A stretch of DNA of 63,598 nucleotides, filler included, from Vannella sp. (Eukaryota): assembly GCA_023345925.1 (NCBI GenBank). It is 5 parts of 5 records of this genome, joined end to end, with 100 filler letters (N's around TTAATTAATTAA, not from the genome) between each part and the next. Parts side by side here need not be neighbours in the genome. Positions count along the whole stretch, not along the records: positions 20,254 to 39,338 come from JAJQQN010000152.1; positions 39,439 to 60,729 come from JAJQQN010000894.1; 3 more parts are not named here. The stretch is one strand, 5' to 3'. Below the pieces are notes generated by a model. The model had not been told where the DNA came from and did not search any database. It saw only the letters and a list, made by a program, of their open reading frames with translations. The stretch's first letter is position 1. Each line of letters opens with the position of its first letter. Below, one piece after another: positions 35,806 through 49,500 of the stretch. The position numbers and the translations under genes are program-made.

Positions 35806-37380
35806 CTAGAAAGTGAAGGAGCTCCCTTGCTCCTTCGCAGCTTGGGTTGCATCAATGAGCTTGATAAAGTCTCCGGGAGTGCAAGCTCTGTTGAGGAAGG
35901 GGTGCTGCAAAAGCTCCTGAGCTTCAGGTCGATCGCCAGTGTCCTTCCGGAGACATTGTCCCACAAAATCCGCAAATTGGGAGGACCATCGCTCAGGTTC
36001 TTTGAGTCCCGGGAATTCTTTGGTGGTGATTAAGAAGAGAGCGCGCAGAGGTGGTAGGTCCATATACGGGGGCTCCCGTTCTGCCATCTCGATCATCATC
36101 ACCCCGAGACTCCAAACATCCACCTTTGTTCCATAATCGTATCCTCGGATAAGCTCTGGTGCCATCCAATACGGTGTCCCGACCACGGTATTTCTCTTCT
36201 GTTGCTTTCGGGTGAGCTGCGCTGCGTATCCAAAGTCTGCCACTTTGACAGAGCCATCAGAACCGAGAAGAAGATTATCACTTTTGATATCACGGTGGAT
36301 GCGGTGCATATGGTGAATATAGACGAGGCACTCCAATGTCTCCTTCGCTACATGAGCCATTTGGGGTTCCGTCATTACCACACGGGGGTATTGGTCGAGA
36401 ATCTCTGTAAGGCAGCCGCCTCCCATGTATTCCATCACCACCCAGAGCTGGTCGTCCACCACATAGCTTTCAATGTACTCCACAACGTTGGGGTGTTTGC
36501 TTGAGCGCATTATATCGATCTCTGTGACCACCAGAGGCAGAGATTCTTCGTTGAGTTGCATTATTTTGATGGCAACTCGTCTACCATCCTTTTTGCTGGT
36601 TGCTAAGAAGACCTCACCTGCTGCTCCCTCTCCTATCTTGACTAGATCGACGAAGACGACCGTTGGATCGTCCTTGCTCACAAGATCTCGAAGATTCAGC
36701 TCCGAAGCTTCAGGTAGAGGCGTTGCTTGCAGTTGGGTCATTGCCTTCTTGTTCATAAAGTTGTCATTGAACTCAAGAAGGTTCAGAACGTCCTCATGGT
36801 TCTCCAGAACCTCATCACGAGTAATACCTGAAGACTTGAGCATCGTCTCCCAATCAGGAGGGAGTCCCTGCTCTCATGTAAGCCACACAAGGTTACTTCA
36901 AGCACTTCTTCATACCTTAAAGCCAGTATCAGAGTCAAAGTCGACGTGAATGTTGTGTTGGATATCAAAAGGGGCGCTGACTCCCGCCGTTCCCGAAGCG
37001 CCCTCAATGACTTGAACCCAATCCTCACAGACAGACTCGTTTGGTGCTTCGATGATGAAGACACGCTCAAAGTCTGTTGAAGCGATCTCAATCAAGTGCG
37101 GCCGACCCGGTCGACTGGATTTGTACACGGAACAGTTATCCAATTGCACTGCACGAATGGGCGTGGGGTCCTGCGCTGGAGTAAGAACCTTCTGCGTGGA
37201 GTGAAGAGGGTAAGAGGGAAGGGAGGAGGCACGTACCGCCTTGGTCTTGAAGTAGAAGAGGTAGTTACCTTGGACAATAAACCAACGCTTCTTCCAGTTC
37301 TTCCGTACAGCGCCTTGCTTACGCAGTATACCTTCTCTTTTAGGGTTTCCCCACATGGACGGGTTCACCTGCCACATCAT
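35806..37380 (-). CDS. p21-activated kinase with PH-CRIB-kinase architecture (PakC/Cla4-like)
   Basis: PH REGILRKQGAVRKNWKKRWF, CRIB VSAPFDIQHNIHV, kinase IGEGAAGEV, HRDIKSDN, DFG, VGTPYWMAPE. Confidence 0.95.
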
Positions 37381-37605
37381 GAGAAAGCACCCACGCGAGC
37401 CCAGCCACACCGACCTCGACTTTGCCCTTCGAGCTCATGAGGAACAGACAACACCAAAAAGAAGACGGGCGGTGGACGACCGAGCACTGGCAGAGAAGAA
37501 TGCTTCCAACTGCAACCGCTCAATCAGCCAATCAAATCCATCAATTGATTTAATTAATATTTAGACACTAGTTCATGTTAATGATTGATTTGTGACTCAT
37601 TTCTG

Positions 37606-38183
37606 ATGACGACTCCGGCCCGACGCCGCCTGATGAAGGATTATCTGTCCTTGAGTTCTTCTGGGGTGCCAGAGGGCATCACAGCGACTCCTTGCGAGGA
37701 TAACATCCTATTTTGGACAGCGCTTATCTTTGGGTGAGAAGCTTGCTCTACTTCCTGTAATTGGAGGGAGGAGCTGACTGGGAGGAAGTCCGGAGGATCC
37801 CGCGTGGGAAGGGGGTACTTTCAAGCTCAGTTTGGAATTCACGGACGAGTACCCAAGCAAGGCACCAACGGTGAAGTTCGTCTCTAAGGTGTTCCACCCC
37901 AATGGTGAGCGGATCCGAAGTGAAAGGGCAGCGAACGTTCGCTGACGAGTCCAAAGTGTACGCAGATGGTTCGATCTGTTTAGACATTCTCCAGAAGCAG
38001 TGGACTCCCATCTATGACACGGTGGCGATCCTCACTTCCATTCAATCGCTTCTTACTGATCCAAACCCTGACTCTCCTGCAAACGCAGAGGCAGCTCGAC
38101 TCTTTGTTGAAAACAAGCGCGAGTACTATCGTCGCGTTCGCTCGTGCGTCGAACAGAGCTGGGAGGACTGCGACTCACTGTAG
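37606..38183 (+). CDS. RAD6: Ubiquitin-conjugating enzyme E2, Rad6/UBC2
   Basis: [24 protein letters not shown] / [33 protein letters not shown]; two introns. Confidence 0.93.
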
Positions 38184-38216
38184 AAGGATAGAAAAGACTT
38201 TTTTGTATAATACACT

Positions 38217-39276
38217 CTATTCTGTATTCTCTTTCGGAAGGAATGTTGCTGTGTCTTTTTGGCCTTCAGCAAGGTCCATTTCTGTGGACAATTTGTAAAG
38301 AGCCTCTCCCACTCTGTTGGCAATCTTTTGGTACGCCTCTTCAAGCACTTCCCTCGAGGGTGACTCAATGGATCTGTACTCAAGCAGGATGTCGCTAATG
38401 TCCACAGGCTCTCCAACTATCATGGAAACCTTCTTCCCGAAACGAGGGGTCCCGTTGGATCGCACCATCTGCTTCATGCCTCTGCTGTAGATTGGCGTGA
38501 TGATTGGCATCTCTTTTGCGTCAAAGGCGATCTTCCCAACTCCTACAATGCGTGTCAGACAAGACAATCGTTCGATCCCCCACCTTTCTTCATCGGCAGC
38601 AGCTCATATGTGTGAGAGAGTCTTCCCTCTGGGAAGATGTGAACCCATTTGCCCCTATCCAGCTTGTTTGTGGCATCCTCAATGGCCTTTCATCCCAGCA
38701 GGGTCAGACTCAGAACTCTCAATCACCAAAACGTGGCCCTACCTGTTGATAGAGCCCACCTCCCCTGCTGGTACTTATCGTTTGCCCAAAGATGAAGAAG
38801 TGGCTGAGAACCTTATTCCGGAAGAGAATATCACTCGCTCCCAAGACCCAACTGAAAGGGTCTCAGACAACTCCTTCAGTGGCAGAGAGGAAGGGATCAA
38901 CCCACCGGAGCTTCGTGACGTCGAGGAGATTCGCATATGGGAGTGCAGCTACCGTGCCCACAGGGTCATCAAGTAAGGAGGTGTGATTGCCCACAGTGAG
39001 CAGGCCTCGATCCCCCTGTGACCTTGCCTCCTCAATGGCAGCTACAAGTCTATGTCGGTTATGGATCTGCGAGAAGAAACATGAGAGACTGCAAGGACAT
39101 GGATCTTCTCCCACCTCGAACCTGTTCAAACCAACTACACCCTTCGAAATGGCCCCAACCAAGAGACAAACAAGTGTGGAAACTGTACCGTGCCAAACAG
39201 GGTTCCTTCTTGCGCTTTGCACCGAACTGGAAGAAGGAGGAGTGGCGAAAGATGAACTCGCTTGGAGGGCAAACAT
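38217..39276 (-). CDS. TAZ: Tafazzin (cardiolipin transacylase)
   Basis: LLTVGNHTSLLDDP (HxxxxD), TLGASDILF, HIFPEG, VGVGKIA, IVGEPVD; multi-exon. Confidence 0.9.
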
Positions 39277-39338
39277 GTTGTGGCTGAGCTGCCCAATCAG
39301 TGCTCCCCTCTTTTGATTGGATAATTGAAAGAGAATTT

Positions 39339-39438
39339 NNNNNNNNNNNNNNNNNNNNNNNNNNNNNNNNNNNNNNNNNNNNTTAATTAATTAANNNNNN
39401 NNNNNNNNNNNNNNNNNNNNNNNNNNNNNNNNNNNNNN
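39339..39438. other. Artificial contig spacer
   Basis: 44 N + TTAATTAATTAA + 44 N. Confidence 0.99.
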
Positions 39439-40010
39439 AATGTTGATTTTTGCAAAATCCTGATAATCAATCATTTCTTTAACATCTGTTCCAGGATAAT
39501 TATCTTTGATAGCATACTTCTTACCGTAAAACTCTTCATATAGTATTTTGCTTGGTTTAGTCAAGTATCTTTGATCTGCTGCAGGATTGTTAAAACATGC
39601 AATTGATTGGAAGAAACATAAATTTCCTGATCATGCGTCAGGAAATTTATGCGATATTAATATCCGCGTTGATCCTTGCTTCCGAAGATGCGTTTCAGAT
39701 CATTTGACTTGTGTATTCTGATGTTTATATGTACAGTAACAACCTTCAATCGTTATAGGGCCGAAAAGGGGATCCTTTATTGGCAATAAATGGCTTGCTC
39801 ACTTGCAACTGCGCAAAAACGGCCATTCAGGGTGTCAATGGTCGTTTTTTCACTATTGACCACTAATAGTGCTTTAAGGATTGAATTTACCTCAAAACCC
39901 TTCACTGCATGGAAAGAGATCGAGAGAGGAGCTAGCGATAAGATTTCTAAGCCTCCTAAAATTCATCATAAAATGAAATTTCAAGTTCACCCAAGCTTTC
40001 GCGATAATTA
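39439..40010 (-). pseudogene. Decayed fragment resembling the N-terminal region of Polinton/Maverick-type DNA polymerase B proteins
   Basis: AT-rich. Minus-strand pieces AWVNLKFHFMM...SFHA...; RPYND(frameshift)KVVTVHINIRIHK; *SGNLCFFQSIACFNNPAADQRYLTKPSKILYEEFYGKKYAIKDNYPGTDVKEMIDYQDFAKINI. Stops and frameshifts are present. Confidence 0.5.
39617..39651. repeat. Perfect 14-bp inverted repeat (hairpin)
   Basis: CATAAATTTCCTGA - TCATGCG - TCAGGAAATTTATG. Confidence 0.9.
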
Positions 40011-40591
40011 TCCTGTTAATATAAGAAGATAAAGCACGTCAAATTGGCCCCACTGACCAAGTTCTGTACTTAAAAGATCGAAATCTATTACTCATTCAGA
40101 GTTCGTACACTTGGAACATTTCCGGATCACTTCGGTTGGCGATCCTACACATACATTTAAGATGGTTTTTTAAAATAAAGCTACTGTGTTCATATACTTC
40201 ATTGAGTATAAGTCATTTCAGAACAATTGGAACATCTCTGATTAATCAGCAGAGCTCGTACACTTAGAAAGTGAACAAACGAGCTGCTGGAGGGGTGAAA
40301 GTGGGTGACAACCTAACCGTTAACCCTACATAGCTGAGAATGGGTGTGTACATAGCTCAACTCTTTTTTGACAAATTGATGAATAGTTGGACCAAGCGGT
40401 CTTTTTGGAAAACTTGCTCGGAACCAGTTATACTCGCACCTTGAGACCTCTGTAAATGTTAAAGTCTGTCGACTTCTTTTGCAGAAACCGCCCTCTTGCC
40501 CGTGTCCACCAGGAGGGCTTCTTTTCAATCATTCATCAGAGTGACTATTCTTTTACCTTATAGAAGATGATTGTATTGATAAGGTGAAAGA

Positions 40592-43500
40592 TTAAAAGGC
40601 AACTGCTTGAGCGATCGCGAATTCGCCAGAGTGGGAAATGGTGACTTTCACATTGGAGACTCCCAATGCAACAGAAACTTCATTGGCGTGTCCATGGAGA
40701 ACAACTTGAGGGGCTCCTGAAGCAGAAGAGATGACTTCAATCTCTCTTAGAGATGCACCAGAACCCTTCCACAAATTGCGTTTTGGAGAAGAGTCACAGC
40801 TGCTGAGTGCTTTGATGACTGCTTCCTTTGCAGCCCACCTTCCAGCAAAAGAAGCAGAAGGATCTGCGGCGGAGTGGCAGTATTCCACTTCAGTTTCGGT
40901 AAAGTTACGGGAGAGGAACTTTGCGTTGGTCAATGAAACATCAATTTCAGATATCAATTGAGCATCAATTCCCACTCCCCGCTCTGCAGGACCCCTAATT
41001 CCAGCAGACATCTCCCTGAGAGTGACTTCAAGATGCACCAGCGCCGATGGAGCATTGTTGTTTTTCGGCTGAGTGCGTGTGGAAGGTACAGAGGGGGTGG
41101 AGGGCGCAGAGGTAGAAGAAACGGATTGAACCACATCCTTTTTAGCTCCTCGTGAGCGGGCGCGGAATCTCCAGCTGTTTTGAGATGGATCGAAAGCAGC
41201 TCGAGCTAATGGATCGAGATAGATGGAAGATTCATCAGATTCGTGGAACGGAGGAGTATGTTTGATCGGAACGTAAGCTGACTTGCCAGTCAGTGCATCT
41301 TGAAGACGGCGGAAAGCCCGATTCTGTCTCATCTCGCGTTTGGCGAGATACGAGAGAAGAAGCTCTTGCGGTAACTGAGCAAGAACAAAATCAGGATGAA
41401 CGATCAAAATCTCTCCTCCAACTTGTCCAAAGCCAAAAGACTTGAGAAGTCCAGCTGTAAACCCATAGGTCGGTATCGATTGATTCAAATAGAGGAGATG
41501 ATCATAATCTCGCAAGGTAGAATCAATGTTGTCTGCATTCCGATTGCCAGGGACGTGCCCGCTGAGCATGGATTGAACAAGACCATTGAGCATCCACGCT
41601 GCAGCAGCTCCTTTAGGATGGCCAGTGAGGTGCTTCTGGAAGATTGTCAAAACCACATTGCCCTTCGCGCGACCAAGATGTTCCAGCTGTTTTTGCAGAA
41701 CTTCACTTTCGTTCTTATCATTTCCCTTCGTCGATGTTCCGTGGAAACTGGCCACGGCAATGTCATCAATAGAAAGGCCCCAGACAGCAAGAGCTCCCCT
41801 GAGTGGTGCAATATGAGGAGAACCAATGTAGAACGAGTTGCCCCAGTGCCGGCGAGCTGTTCTCCTTCTTCGAGTAGCCTCAGAAATGAGGTCTTCCTGC
41901 ATCTCCTTCAGGATAAGTTCAGCATCTCCTTTTGAAGATGCAGACTTGTTAGCATACTCTTGTAAGTATTCTGTTTCCTCGGTTTGCCATCTCTCAATAA
42001 GCTCCAACTCAGACTTCAATTGTCGTTTCCGCCATTCCACATCCATCATCAGAGGGCTCACGTTGGAGGCTCGAACGGCCTCTCTTGCAGTTGTGAGGAT
42101 TCCTTGGCCAGGTGCAGGGACGCTTCTACCTTCCTTATCGGTAGCAGTTGCAACATGCTGCACAATAGCATAGATCGGAATTCCCATGTCCAAGGCCAAC
42201 TGTGCTGTCATCAAAAGTTGGGTTCCAGAACCATGAGACTCCACAAATCCCCCACGGGTTGAAGTGGATGGGCGTGACATTTCACGAGGGCCTCTACCTG
42301 CCAGAGAATCTGTCTCAGCAGAAATAGTTGCTTGCATTTGAGCGAATTCGTATGATCCTTCTTCTCCAAAATCGTCATAACCTCCAGTGACACAAACACG
42401 AGCTTTTCCAGATAGAATTGTGTCAACGGCAATCTCGACTGACTCAACAGCTGTTGCGCATGCTCCTACAGGCGTCTTAATTGGTCCAGCTGAGCTCAAA
42501 AGAAGCATGTTGACCCAAGCAGCGACGGTGTTGATAAATTGCTCTTGAAGAGAATCTCCTTTGATAGGCTGGTCTAAGAAACGATGGCGGAAGCAATCGC
42601 GAATGCTTTGCATCCCTCCCATTCCTCCTCCAATTGTATTTCCAAGCTCTGCAAGATGAACGTACTCATAGAACTCGTACGGATCAGTCACACCAGCACA
42701 AATCATAGTCTCAGCAACAGAAACCAAAGTGAACAGAGTGACACGATCCACTTGATTAATAATGTCATCCGGAATACCAAACACAGCAGGACTCCAAGAA
42801 CTAGGGACTTGGCCAGCGACATAGCGATCGAATTTGAGTGCTTTTGGAGCATAGAGAACAGCTCCTTTGCGCAACTGAATAAAAGTGACGCCATCACGAA
42901 CAAAAACATCAACGCTATCGCCATGTTTGCGTTTGAACTGATTTGCCTCCTCTTCGCTGACTTCAACTGGCGGCATGTCCTGTGAAATAGCGATTTGTCT
43001 GAGGAATGTTTTTTGATTGGGATCGTACCCATCGAATAGCTCTGGTTCTACAACACGCAATCCACAATGCTCGAGCAAGTCTGTTTCATACCGTTCCTTC
43101 ATTTCGTGGTCTGCGACACGAGAGCCACTTTGGACATCGACCCATCCAGGCCATCCAGTGCCTCCAGCGTCCTTTGAGTCATATCTGATCAAACCACACA
43201 TCCACGCAAGCTCGATGCAGCCTTCAATAGAGAATTCTCCATATGCCTCCATCTCCCATCTGGTGCGAGAGTTACCAAAAGGTCCAACTTCTCCAAATCC
43301 AGCGATTACCACCACCGAATTAAGATCCACTAATACACCAGATTTGCTTCCCAACTTCAACAATCTCTCCGCAGAAGGGACCTCCGGGAATGGGACTTGA
43401 ACGTTGGCACGAGGAACAACAGTTGCAGATGTAACTTGAGAGTTGTGATCAGCTGAAAGGAGAGATTCGGAAGCCTTTTCAGCAGCCAAGGCAGTATTGA

Positions 43501-46500
43501 AAGACGCCTGCTCTCTCAGTGAAACACGAGCATCAGCAAGGATGGAATTGAGATCTTTCACCAAATGGAGTCCCCCATTAAGATCAGCCAGAACAGGAGC
43601 ACGTTGGGCACGAGCAACCATTCGAGGATGGAGTAATCCGATAAGATTGAAGCACATCTCTTGTGTAGAGAATGTCCGGGCACCCAATTTTTCAATAGCA
43701 GGAACAACAATGTTGTTTTGGTTCATCAGGCCAGTCCCACGGGTCCAACCGATTATGGCACCTGACAAAGAGAGGAATCGTTCCCAACCTTCTGATCGCC
43801 ATTTGTTGAGGAGTGCTTCAAGACCCAATTTGGATTCTCCGTACAGTCCGTCAAAGCCAAATGTTCCATGATTGGGTGAAAGAGGCAAGAGAACATGGGC
43901 CGGTCGGGTGACGATGGCAAGCCTTTCCTTGGAGTTTTTGACCGCGCCAATTAATCTTTCCACATTAGTGAGCATGATGCGATGGGCAAGCTCAGAACGA
44001 CCACCAATTTCTCCGATATCCATTCCTTCCTCACCAATGGCAGCAAAAGGAATAACGTAATCCAAATCCACTCGCTCGCTTTGATACAAATAGTCAACAA
44101 GAGATTGGATATCCTGCACAGAACCTTGATTGCAGGGATAAACCACAAGCTGACTGCCTCGGGCACCGTGCTCGTCGAAGATTGAATGGAAGAATTTCGA
44201 GGTGGATCCTTGCTGGAAGCGACTAGTTGTGACATAAACCAATGCACCGCCTCGCAATAGGCCTTTGAGAAGTTCAACACCAATAGATCCTTGACCGCAA
44301 CCTGTTATGAGAACTACTTTGCCTTCGAAGGAAACACCATCAGCTGCAATGGATTTCAGAGTGTCCAGGTATTCCTCTGTCAATTCAGGGTGTAGGGAAC
44401 GATGAGCTGGATCTGATTGGTCGCTCGAACGTAAGAATAGGTATGGTATTCTGGGAGCAGGAATCGATCGGCGGTATTCTGCTTGGCTTGAGATCCAGCG
44501 GGCTCGTGCACTTTCAACGATATCATTAATTTGCTCAGCAGAGAGAATGTTTTGACTCTCGAGTTCAGTTCGAAGAGAAGATAGCAATGTCTCATCCAAA
44601 GGGGAAGCTTCCACCATACTCGCATCATCAGCTGAAGGGCATAATCGATTAAGTTCCACACCCTGGCGCATCTGCTCCACGTATTCTGTCCAATTGGAAA
44701 GGCCTGGTCGTTTCTCTTCCGAGTACTCAATTCGGCCCTGGCCGGTCACAGTAACAACAGCCTGTGTGGGGGGTGTGATTTCACGATAGCGAGTGACTTC
44801 CTGTAAAGAAAGCTCCAAAGTTTCCGTCAAAATGTTGATGAACGAAACGATTTCTCCAAACCCATCCGTTGCTGCTTTCTGTGCAAAAAATCTTGCCATT
44901 TGGACAACCTCCGGAGTTGCTCGGTTTTTGAGGTGATAAAGGCGTTCGCGAATAAACGGAGTCCACGATTGGACACGACCAAGTGCATAGTCAAAGTACA
45001 GCCGCAATGAATCTTGACGGACCCAATTCCAGCTGCTTTCGAACCGGCGTTCCTTTCGTGGATCAAAGACAGGAAGAGTCCCTGCTCCATATTCCTCACC
45101 ATGCTCGGCGATCCAGGATTGTAAAATAACCTCGGACTGTTGTCGCAAGGCTTGCTCTGCTTCAAATAGTCGGCGCTCTTTTCCACCGTCTTCCTTCAAG
45201 TATGCACGGTAAGCCTCAAGTTGTCTCTTCACCAATTGGTCTTGATCCTCCCTGATCTTAGCTAACGCTCGTGGGTCAATGGAACCAATGCTGGCAGGAC
45301 TCAAGGAAGCCCCTCCAGCAGAGGGTCCTCCAAGCTTGATACCGCTGGAAGTGGCATAGGACAATGCGGTGGAATCCAAGAAAGCGTGAGCTTCAGTTTC
45401 CGAAGCAAATCTCGCTGAAGGTTCCATCGAAAGGGAGTGTAAAAGTACGCTTTGAGCCCTTCCATCAGCCAAACCGTGGGTGGACTTCAGATAAACTTTT
45501 GCTTGAGAAAGAGCAAATCCAGGAGGGAACTTTGTGCTCAGCATTTTGTCAATCAATGAGGAAGTAATGGATCCTAAAGAGGAATAGCTCCCAGAGAATT
45601 CTCCAGCCAGTGACTGAAGATCTGTCTCGGCAGCCTGCTCAGGTTCCTTTCCAAATTCCTTTGCAATGTCGCCAACCAACTCGTTTTGTAATGCACTCTT
45701 TCCACCAACAAGCTCTCGGATGGTAGCTTTCTCGCCGATGGAGTTGAGAGGCTTTTTTACCTTTCTAGAGATGAGGACTCTTAATGCGGCGAGAGATGAA
45801 GGAGGTTCATCAGGAACAGCTGTTGCGCTCCCCCCTCCCCCAGATCCTGAGTAGACAACCATTGATGAACTGCTACTTGTGGAAGGAGTTGTGAGAGAAA
45901 TGCCGAGACGAGCTCCGTAAGCCAAAACTACAGAATCGAGGAAGGTATTAGCTTCAGATTCAGTTGAAATGCGAACACCTGGTTCCATGGAGATGGCGTG
46001 CATTAACACTCCAGTTGTTCGCCCTTCTCCAAGGCCATGATTGGTCTGGAGATAGGCTTTGACTTGAGAAAGGGCATATCCAGCAGGGAATTTGCCGCTG
46101 ATCAGCTTATTCAACATAGCTGAAGTGACTGGTCCTAGGCCACGATAAGTGCCACCCACATTCTCAGATAAAGTCTTTAAATCGACCTCTGCAGCCTGTT
46201 CCGATTCTTTTCCAAACTCTTTTCCAATATCACCCACGATTTCGTTTTGCAAAGCGCTCTTTCCACCCACCAGATCACGAATCGATGTGGTTTCAGGAAT
46301 AGAGCTGATGGGCTTCTTTACCTTAAGAGATGCAAGAAGCTGCAACGCTTCCAGAGCAGATGGAGGGGAGTCTGGGCCATTTGCAGTTGAGCTTGTGACA
46401 GATTGCTGCACTACTGGCACGATGACCTGAACAACTTGAGGAGTTACTTGAACAGAGCCCGCTGATGTGGTATTGGGAGTAGACGAAACGGAAGAAATCT

Positions 46501-49500
46501 CCTCACTGGTTTCCTCAAAGTAAATGGAGGACTTGTCACGTCCGTACCAAAGAATCTCTCGCTGGATAGTTGGAGAGTACTGTCCAAGCTCCAAAGTACG
46601 GAGAGCCATTGTGTATAAAGTTGGAGCAGGACCAACCTCAATAAGACGCTCAACGGCTAAATCAGTGAAGAAGAGATGTTGCGTTTCGATCCAGCGGACA
46701 GGAGAGGCAAATTGATACGCAAGCAACTCCAAAACCAGAGCGAAAGCAACTTGGGACAAAGGAGTTATGTCATACTCTTCATCGATTTTGGCTAACAGAG
46801 CAGAGTTGGTTTCTTTCTGAGTCAACTGAACATAAGCTCTATCGCAACTGAAGGGAACCGCAGTCACATTTGGAATGTATCTTCCCGCTAGAAGATGTGG
46901 TTGAATAAGCTCGGGCACCAATCGCCTGCTCAGTACGTCTCTGAAGGCAGGAACGCCATCCATTAAGAATCGAGAATGGAAAGGAACGTCAATACCAGGA
47001 AGAGGAATGCAGGCTGTACCTCTTGAAAGAGGCACAAATCCATCTGCGTCTGCGACATCCTCGAGGCGACTGTGGGATGCAGAAACAAGCCTATCCAAAC
47101 TGGCCATTGCCTCGCGAACATTTGGTGCCTTGGCCAAACGAGTGCAGACACCGTCCAAAACAAATAATGCAGAACGATGCCCAGCAACTACATACTGATA
47201 GTTCTCGACGTTGTAGTTAACAACCTGAAGAAGTGCGCCAGGGAGTGCAGAGGAAACAGCAGCGATGACAAGATCCAGTTGAGGTTGTCGGAAGTGAGAT
47301 CTGCTGATTCGAGAAGGATTCACAGCCATCATGGCATAGGATGAGCGTCCTTGAGAGTCCCTCTCTACAGCATTCTGCATTGTCATACCACGCAAGAAAA
47401 CAATCTCAACGAGGCTCTCAACGCTAAGTACATCAGCAACAGATGCTAGCGCTGCGTATTCTCCCAAAGAATGACCTGTGAAGATGCAATCCTTTGGGAT
47501 CAACTCTTTAGCTTGCATGTCCCGGAATGCAGCCATCTCCATTAGTACCAAAGCTGGTTGAGAGAATTGGGTGGCAAATAAGAGACCTTCAGGATGTTTA
47601 AACTCATAGCTTGCGCTCTTCTCCCCAAGGTCTGGGAACAAAGGTCTCTCAATAGAAGGTGCCCCATTTGGTTGAGCCACTAACGTGGTCAGCCGGCGGA
47701 AGTTGTCCTGGATCTCTGCTCCATTTACTCCTCCGAAGTGTACAATAAGGTTCTTCGGGTTCTCCCGTACGATGTTGAGAATGCTAACTCCATACTGACG
47801 GAGGAAGAAATTATCAGCACGGTCCCAAATATCGCTTGCTACCTTAGATGTTGCGTACAAGTCCATTCCCATTCCTCTCTCTGCGCTACCTTGACCAGTG
47901 AAGACATATGCTGTCACAGGAGCTTTCACTCGAGCTGCACCCTTAAGAACAATCTCTCCAGAGTCCACCTTTCGACTTGAAACCTCAAGTAGAAGCTCTC
48001 CAGCACTTGCTCCAACATGCCTCACTTCAGTTTCCAAACGGTCACTCGGCATTACCATTCCAGTGAAGCTCGCAGAGTACTCAATGACTCGTCCAGGATG
48101 TTGACGAGCAGCCACGGTTTCTACAACGCGGAAAGCATTAGCACTTGTCCACATTCCATGAGTGATTGTGGAAGGAAGCTCAGCCAACTGGGCCAGGTAA
48201 GGATTGGTGTGAATTGGATTCAAATCACCAGAGGCAACCGCGTAAGTCTCATTTTCACGAGGAGATTGAGATAAGTCGGTAGCCTTCAGCATCCGGTAAC
48301 CTCCCGTTGGGAAGAATACAGTATTCTTTAGAGGTGATCCGACGCGTTGCAAGAATTGGAGGATTGGATTTCCTGTCAGTCCTTTTGAAGAGAGCTGAAT
48401 CTGCCCTATTGCAGTGGTACCACGTAAAACGGATCCTGACATGGAGACCTCCATCACAGACCTCTTTCCTTGGCTTTGATTGCGTTGCAACCCGAGCTCC
48501 TTTGGCATTTGATTATCGGTTTGGTCAATCTCCACTCCTTCGACTCGAACACGAAGTTTGTCACCAACTACCGGCTCATCGCTCCATGTGATCCAAGATT
48601 TTGCCTTCAAAAGGCCTAAACGACTTCCATTGTCAACTTCAATAATTCTATCGTCGTTGACACGTCGGAATCGCCCTGCAGAAAGAGGTTTAGGAGTTCG
48701 GAATAAAAATTGTGACTCAACCTCAATAGCCTTGGCGACTTGCACTCTGACGGTCACTGCTTGACCTGCTTCAAGTGTTTCGATTGCTACCACTCGGGAT
48801 AGTGAGTCCACTTGCACAGACTCTTCAAAATAGAAATCCTCTCCGTTATCCAAACGTCGGAAAGTGTTCCGAAGATGAACCAATTGAAGGATATCACCGC
48901 TAATAGAGTCGAGGAAAAGAGGTGCGATAACTGCCTCCCAAGCTACACAAATGGCGAAGTCAATAGAAGCTCGTAGATGTCCTGTCGCAGTTGGCGCCAA
49001 TAGAGGTCGTCCCACTGCGAGGTAAAAGTCCTCAATGCTGCGGCGAGAAACCATGTAAGTAGTACGGAATTCTGAGGAAGAAGGATCTCGTTTTGTATCG
49101 AATCCTTCCAAGCCCTTCTCAAACCAAAGCTGGGCGTAGAACTGTTTCACCCGAGAGGCTCGATCATTATCGTTTGTCATGGCCTCTGAGATAACTGCAT
49201 CTGCTTGTGAAGGAATGTAGCGTAACTCCAACGCAAGCGGGACCTCGATATTAGAGCCACCCTTCTTGACTAAATGCTTCACCACAAAGTGGATGATGTT
49301 CAACTGGGCAGTAGCTGTGTGAGAGACGGTCACCAGAGGTACACCCTGTTCAGTTTGAGTGCGAAGTGCTCCAGGACTAGGTAATGAATTCTGGGATGAG
49401 TTCAAGCCACGTCCAAAGACGCCCTCTTCCTCATGGAAGATATTGACACTTGTAACCGAGCCGATCTTTTGGTTGAGTAACATAACGAGCCGCATGTGGG

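Noticed and set aside
39625..39760. TGA read as Trp (alternative genetic code) in the viral-like fragment
   Set aside because: Frameshifts and TAA stops also interrupt it, and host genes use TGA as stop; decay is the simpler explanation.
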